Origin: Sedimentisphaerales bacterium
Lineage (GTDB): Bacteria > Planctomycetota > Phycisphaerae > Sedimentisphaerales > SM23-30
Length of the DNA: 64,000 nucleotides
Assembly (NCBI GenBank): GCA_963663965.2
Contig: CAXXFK010000028.1
Coordinates: 512,001 to 576,000, forward strand
Reading direction: 5' to 3'
Part shown: piece by piece, positions 59,221-64,000 of the stretch
Layout: each line of letters begins with the position of its first letter
Numbering within the stretch: position 1 is the stretch's first letter
Program-made: the position numbers and the translations under genes
Notes under the pieces: generated by a model
Told to the model about the DNA's origin: nothing
The model's database searches: none
Seen by the model: the letters and a program-made list of their open reading frames with translations, nothing else

Positions 59221-60585
59221 ATGGCAAGTACACTGATAGACATCTGGAATGTGAAAGAACTGCGGAACAAGATTTTGTTCACGTTGGCTCTGTTGGTGAT
59301 TTACCGGGTCGGATTTCATATCCCGTTGCCAGGTGTGGACCAGGCAGCCATGCAGGAAATCGTCAGTAAAGGCAATTCGTCCACTCCGTTTGGGCGAGTG
59401 GCCGACTATTTGCAGATTTTTACCGGCGGCACCCTGCGTCAAAGCAGTTTGTTCGGATTGGGTATTATGCCCTATATTTCGGCATCCATTATTTTCCAAT
59501 TGCTAATGACGGTGGTGCCTGCTTTAGAGAAGCTGGGTAAAGAAGGCGCGGTGGGACGTAAAAAGATCCAGGAATATACCCGGTATGCCACGGTTGGATT
59601 ATGTATTATCCAGGCGTCTTTTATTGCCGGATGGCTGAGAAGCCAGCATTTCGTATTGCCGGATGTAATGCGTGAACACTGGATGATGTTCTGGACAATG
59701 GCAGTGGTGGGCATGACCGCCGGGACCATCTTTCTGATGTGGCTGGGCGAGCAGATTGACGAATATGGGATAGGAAACGGCGTGAGTCTGATTATCATGG
59801 CCGGTATCGTTTCGCGCTTCCCGTGGGCCATTAATTATTTAATCGAAAATGCCGATCTATCCGCGGATGCCGCGACCGGATCGATTACCATACCGAAAAT
59901 ACTGTTTTTAGTTGTGGCTTTTGTGGGTGTGATTGCCGGATCGATTCTGATCACCCAGGCGCAACGGCGTATCCCGATCCAACAGGCCAAGATGACCCGC
60001 GGCCGCCGAGTCTATGGCGGTCAGAAACAGTATCTGCCATTGCGTGTGAACCACGGCGGCGTTATTCCGATTATCTTTGCCGTGACGCTGATGCAGATTC
60101 CATCCCTGGTGTTTGATTTTCTGGCCGGGCAGTTTAACAGCGTGGTGCTGGCCCGGATCGCCTCGGCGTTCGCCCCGGATGCTTACGTTTATAATGTACT
60201 TTATATCGCGATGATCTATTTCTTTGCCTTTTTCTGGACGACCGTCCAGTTCCAGCCCAAGGAAGTGGCCAATAATCTGCGGGACAGCGGGGCATTCATT
60301 CCCGGATTGCGTCCTGGCAAACGAACGGCTGAATATCTGGAAAAAGTGATGAGCCGGATCACCTATGTAGGCGCTGCGTTCCTGTCTTTAATCGCGGTCG
60401 TTCCCACCGTGGTCATGGTCTTTATGAAGATCCCATTCCTGATTACGACATTCCTGGGAGGCACCGGTTTGCTGATTGTGGTTTCCGTGTCACTGGATCT
60501 GGTGAACCGGATCGAAACCAATCTGATTATGAGAAATTATTCCGGCTTCATGGAAGGCGGACGTATTAAAGGAGCGCGCACATGA
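59221..60585 (+). CDS. secY: Preprotein translocase subunit SecY
   Basis: 'LGIMPYISASII', 'GIGNGVS', 'FIPGLRPG'. Confidence 0.98.
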   Translation: MASTLIDIWNVKELRNKILFTLALLVIYRVGFHIPLPGVDQAAMQEIVSKGNSSTPFGRVADYLQIFTGGTLRQSSLFGLGIMPYISASIIFQLLMTVVPALEKLGKEGAVGRKKIQEYTRYATVGLCIIQASFIAGWLRSQHFVLPDVMREHWMMFWTMAVVGMTAGTIFLMWLGEQIDEYGIGNGVSLIIMAGIVSRFPWAINYLIENADLSADAATGSITIPKILFLVVAFVGVIAGSILITQAQRRIPIQQAKMTRGRRVYGGQKQYLPLRVNHGGVIPIIFAVTLMQIPSLVFDFLAGQFNSVVLARIASAFAPDAYVYNVLYIAMIYFFAFFWTTVQFQPKEVANNLRDSGAFIPGLRPGKRTAEYLEKVMSRITYVGAAFLSLIAVVPTVVMVFMKIPFLITTFLGGTGLLIVVSVSLDLVNRIETNLIMRNYSGFMEGGRIKGART

Positions 60586-61235
60586 TCGTTATTTTTCTTG
60601 GCCCTCCCGGAGCCGGCAAGGGGACCCAGTGCAGTAAGATTGTCGAGCGTTATGGTTTGAACCATTTGTCCAGCGGCGACATTTTACGGCGCGAGCGTAA
60701 AGAAGGCACCGAGCTGGGAAAAAAAGCGCAATCCTACATGGATTCCGGCCAGCTGGTTCCAGACGATCTGATTGTCGCCATGATGATGAAGGAAATCAAG
60801 GCCGCACCGGCAGACAAGGGTGTGATTCTGGATGGTTTTCCAAGGACCATCGGTCAGGCCCGCGAGCTGGATGCCGCCATGCAAAAAGCCGGACAGAAAG
60901 TCGATGTTGTTCTGAATTTGATTGTCGATGACGCCAAGTTAGAAGAACGTGTCACCGGCCGGCGCAGTTGCGGACAATGCGGCAGCGCCTACCATGTGAC
61001 CTTCAATCCACCCAAAGTCAAAGATCAATGTGATAATGGCTGTGGACTGTTGACCCAACGTACCGACGATACTTCAGACGTTGTGCGTAATCGCATTGAA
61101 ACCTATCATGCCCAAACGGCCCCGCTAGTTGAATATTATAGCGCCCAAGGCAATGTTAAAGATATTGATGGAAATATTGAGATTAATCAAGTAACCGAGA
61201 GTATTTATCGAGTACTGGATGCAGTGCGATCTTAG
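60582..61235 (+). CDS. adk: Adenylate kinase with Cys-rich LID
   Basis: 'GPPGAGKGT', 'LDGFPR', 'CGQC..CDNGC'. Confidence 0.97.
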   Translation: MIVIFLGPPGAGKGTQCSKIVERYGLNHLSSGDILRRERKEGTELGKKAQSYMDSGQLVPDDLIVAMMMKEIKAAPADKGVILDGFPRTIGQARELDAAMQKAGQKVDVVLNLIVDDAKLEERVTGRRSCGQCGSAYHVTFNPPKVKDQCDNGCGLLTQRTDDTSDVVRNRIETYHAQTAPLVEYYSAQGNVKDIDGNIEINQVTESIYRVLDAVRS

Positions 61236-61241
61236 TATATT

Positions 61242-62021
61242 ATGGCAATAGCGATACGAACACAGCGCGAGATAGAAATGATTCGCGCCGCGGGACGCAT
61301 CGTGGCGCTCGTTCTTAAACAATTGCAAAAAGAAGCTGTTCCTGGTGTGACCACCGCACAGCTGGCCCAGATTTCGGATGATATTATTGCCGAACATGGT
61401 GCGATCGCCTTATTCAAGGGCGTTCCCAATCCGATGGGAAAGATGGATTTTCCCGCGAGCATTTGTGCCAGTATTAATGAAGAAGTGGTTCATGGGATTC
61501 CAAGTGACCGGCAACTGATAGAAGGCGATATCATCAGTATTGACTGCGGCACCCGGTTAAAAGGATACTGTGGCGATTCGGCCCGTACCTTTACCGTGGG
61601 ACACGTTGACGATGAAAAGCAGCGTTTGCTGGACATTACCGATGGGATGCTGGCTATTGCCGTCCGGCAATCCGCGCCCGGTATTCTCTGGAGTGAGGTG
61701 GCCGCCGCCATGCAAAAGCATGCTGAAGACGCCGGATTTGGCGTTGTACGGGAGTATGTAGGGCATGGCATTGGACGAAAGATGCACGAAGATCCCAAGC
61801 TGCCCAATTTTGTCAGCCAGGATCTGATCAAACACGATATTTTACTGCGAAAAGGAATGGTGCTGGCAGTAGAACCGATGGTAAACGCCGGCACGCATCG
61901 TGTGAAAACATTAAACGATGGATGGACCGTCGTGACTACCGACAATAAACCATCCGCGCATTTTGAACATACCATTGCCATTACCGAAAATGGCGCCGAG
62001 ATATTGACTCTGGCCGATTAA
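61242..62021 (+). CDS. map: Methionine aminopeptidase type I
   Basis: 'VVHGIP', 'GHGIG..HEDP', 'EPM', 'AHFEHT'. Confidence 0.97.
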   Translation: MAIAIRTQREIEMIRAAGRIVALVLKQLQKEAVPGVTTAQLAQISDDIIAEHGAIALFKGVPNPMGKMDFPASICASINEEVVHGIPSDRQLIEGDIISIDCGTRLKGYCGDSARTFTVGHVDDEKQRLLDITDGMLAIAVRQSAPGILWSEVAAAMQKHAEDAGFGVVREYVGHGIGRKMHEDPKLPNFVSQDLIKHDILLRKGMVLAVEPMVNAGTHRVKTLNDGWTVVTTDNKPSAHFEHTIAITENGAEILTLAD

Positions 62022-62060
62022 CCGGCCGGTGAGAGTGTGACAGTAAGAAAGAATTAGAAT

Positions 62061-62276
62061 ATGGCAAAGAACGATGCAATAAAAGTTGATGCGAAGGTAG
62101 TGGAAGCGCTGCCCAATGCCGTATTCAGAGTTGAATTGGAAAATGGACATATGATTCTGGCGCATGTATCCGGCAAAATGCGAATGCACTTTATCCGGAT
62201 TTTGCCAGGAGATACTGTGACTGTCGAATTAAGTCCTTATGACCTCACGCGAGGTCGTATCGTTCTACGCAAGTAG
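62061..62276 (+). CDS. infA: Translation initiation factor IF-1
   Basis: '[14 protein letters not shown]', '[10 protein letters not shown]'. Confidence 0.97.
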   Translation: MAKNDAIKVDAKVVEALPNAVFRVELENGHMILAHVSGKMRMHFIRILPGDTVTVELSPYDLTRGRIVLRK

Positions 62277-62298
62277 AAGATAATGAACAGGTGTTAAG

Positions 62299-62418
62299 AT
62301 GAAAGTAAGAAGTTCTGTAAAACGAATCTGCGAAAATTGCAAAATAGTAAAGCGAAAAGGCGTGGTGCGCGTGATTTGCAGCGCCAACCCACGTCATAAA
62401 CAGCGACAAGGTAAGTAG
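62299..62418 (+). CDS. rpmJ: 50S ribosomal protein L36
   Basis: Hand translation [39 protein letters not shown]; too short for the ORF track. Confidence 0.97.
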   Translation: MKVRSSVKRICENCKIVKRKGVVRVICSANPRHKQRQGK

Positions 62419-62430
62419 TGAGGACATATT

Positions 62431-62814
62431 ATGCCCCGTATTGCTGGTATAGATATACCGAACAACAAGCATATTTTAATCGCCCTGACTTATATTCAGG
62501 GAATAGGCCGTTATAACGCCCGTAAAATTCTGGAAGAGGCTCAAATCGCCGAGGCGACCAAAGCCAAAGATCTGACGGACGATGAGATCAGTAAGCTGGC
62601 CGGTATTATTGACCGTGGCTACGTGATTGAAGGTCAATTACGCCGTACCGTCGCTCAAAACATCCAGCGATTACGTGAAATTGCCTGCTATCGAGGTCTG
62701 CGGCATCGTCGCGGATTACCGGTACGCGGCCAGCGCACGCGTTCGAATGCCCGTACCCGCAAAGGTCCCCGAAAGACCGTTGCCGGCAAAAAGGGCGTTA
62801 AGGAAATGCGTTAA
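62431..62814 (+). CDS. rpsM: 30S ribosomal protein S13
   Basis: '[17 protein letters not shown]'. Confidence 0.98.
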   Translation: MPRIAGIDIPNNKHILIALTYIQGIGRYNARKILEEAQIAEATKAKDLTDDEISKLAGIIDRGYVIEGQLRRTVAQNIQRLREIACYRGLRHRRGLPVRGQRTRSNARTRKGPRKTVAGKKGVKEMR

Positions 62815-62870
62815 TATTGAACTCTGTCAATACAACAGAATCGATCAAGATAACCTGACAGGAAATATAC

Positions 62871-63254
62871 ATGGCAAAACAAGGATCAAAAAAGCGTGTT
62901 AGACGCAATGTTGGCAAAGGGATCGTGCATATTAAAGCGACCTTCAACAACACCCTGATTACGATCACGGATATGAACGGAGAAACCCTGTGCTGGGATT
63001 CCGCCGGGACCATTGGATTCAAGGGATCACGTAAAAGCACCCCCTTTGCCGCCCAGCGGGCCAGCGAGAAATGCGCGAATACCGCCAAGAAATTCGGCGT
63101 CTCTGAAGTAGAAGTCCGAGTCAAAGGTGGCGGTTCCGGCAGAGAGTCAGCCATTACGGCGCTGCAATCCGCCGGCATCCGTATCGTATCGATTGAAGAC
63201 GTAACCCCGTTGCCGCACAATGGATGTCGTCCGGCAAAGCGTCGCCGTGTATAA
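62871..63254 (+). CDS. rpsK: 30S ribosomal protein S11
   Basis: 'RKSTPFAA', '[12 protein letters not shown]'. Confidence 0.98.
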   Translation: MAKQGSKKRVRRNVGKGIVHIKATFNNTLITITDMNGETLCWDSAGTIGFKGSRKSTPFAAQRASEKCANTAKKFGVSEVEVRVKGGGSGRESAITALQSAGIRIVSIEDVTPLPHNGCRPAKRRRV

Positions 63255-63337
63255 GCAGCCTGGCTTGACAGGTCTAGACGATATCTGTACTTAAATCAGA
63301 AAAAATGTAATTATATACAGGAGCAAGATAAAACGAA

Positions 63338-63970
63338 ATGGCTAGAGATCTTGGACCCGTTTGTCGTATGTGCCGTCGTGAAAGCATGAAGCTCTTTTTA
63401 AAGGGTGACCGCTGCGAAACGGCCAAATGTCCGATCGAGAAACAGAATCGGAATAAGCCCCCAGGGATGCATTCCTGGCGTCGCGGGCGTGGAAGCGATT
63501 ATTCCCTTCGTCTACGTGAAAAGCAAAAAGTCAAACGTTATTACGGTGTACTGGAAAAGCAATTCCGTATCTATTTCCGCAAGGCGGAACGCGGGTATGG
63601 CAATACCGGCGAACAGTTGCTGATCCTGTTGGAACGTCGACTTGATAACGTGGTTTATAAGTTAAATTTTGCCGTCTCTCGTCGCAAGGCGCGTCAGCTG
63701 ATAGCTCATGGTCACATTTGTGTCAATGGCCATAAGGTTGATATTGCCAGTTATTTAGTCAATCAAGGCGATAAAATTACGGTGAGTGACAACGAAAAAA
63801 CCAAAAAGATGGTCAAAGAATATCTGGATTCCGAAGCCGGAGCGGCCGTGCAGTCCTGGCTGCAGGTTGAGGCCGCCAAGTTGGAAGGCACGATCGCCGC
63901 TTTGCCAGGTCGTGAGGATGTTCAGATCCCCATCGAAGAACAGTACATTGTAGAATTGTGTTCTAAATAA
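63338..63970 (+). CDS. rpsD: 30S ribosomal protein S4
   Basis: 'CRMCRRE', 'LREKQK', 'LERRLDNVV'. Confidence 0.98.
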   Translation: MARDLGPVCRMCRRESMKLFLKGDRCETAKCPIEKQNRNKPPGMHSWRRGRGSDYSLRLREKQKVKRYYGVLEKQFRIYFRKAERGYGNTGEQLLILLERRLDNVVYKLNFAVSRRKARQLIAHGHICVNGHKVDIASYLVNQGDKITVSDNEKTKKMVKEYLDSEAGAAVQSWLQVEAAKLEGTIAALPGREDVQIPIEEQYIVELCSK

Positions 63971-64000
63971 CCGTTATTAAGCGAAAAATCGTAACAATGA

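Noticed and set aside
63997..64000. Start of rpoA
   Set aside because: Only ATGA is visible; expected from operon order but not supportable.

Overview
Bacterial chromosome segment; gene content suggests Planctomycetota, probably Phycisphaerae/Sedimentisphaerales-like (inference from the ECF sigma/FecR pair, DUF1559-type prepilin gene, dockerin-like tags, sulfatases and no rpmD). 1-4.4 kb: TonB-dependent receptor, periplasmic binding protein and HAMP histidine kinase operon. 5-15 kb: secreted proteins and glycosidases (GH2, GH43). 15-38 kb: a SusCD-less rhamnogalacturonan/pectin utilisation region (ECF sigma, FecR-type anti-sigma, prepilin-like protein, two LamG paralogues, GH28, GH106, PL11, IclR, GH105, kduI, kduD, kdgK), followed by two sulfatases. 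41.2-46.0 kb: an accessory island bounded by ~70-bp direct repeats. It contains an ~870-bp non-coding array of AACAGCC-anchored triplicated motifs, an orphan Rhs-CT (Ntox46-like)/immunity pair enclosed by REP-containing inverted arms, and an adjacent RAYT-type HUH transposase. 49.8-64 kb: S10-spc-alpha ribosomal protein cluster, in which uL22 carries an N-terminal XRE-like HTH domain. Top leads: the HTH-uL22 fusion with a palindrome at the S10 promoter, the REP/RAYT-associated toxin cassette and repeat array, and an in-frame UGA plus hairpin joining GH106 to a LamG module. Four +1 frameshifts may be assembly errors.
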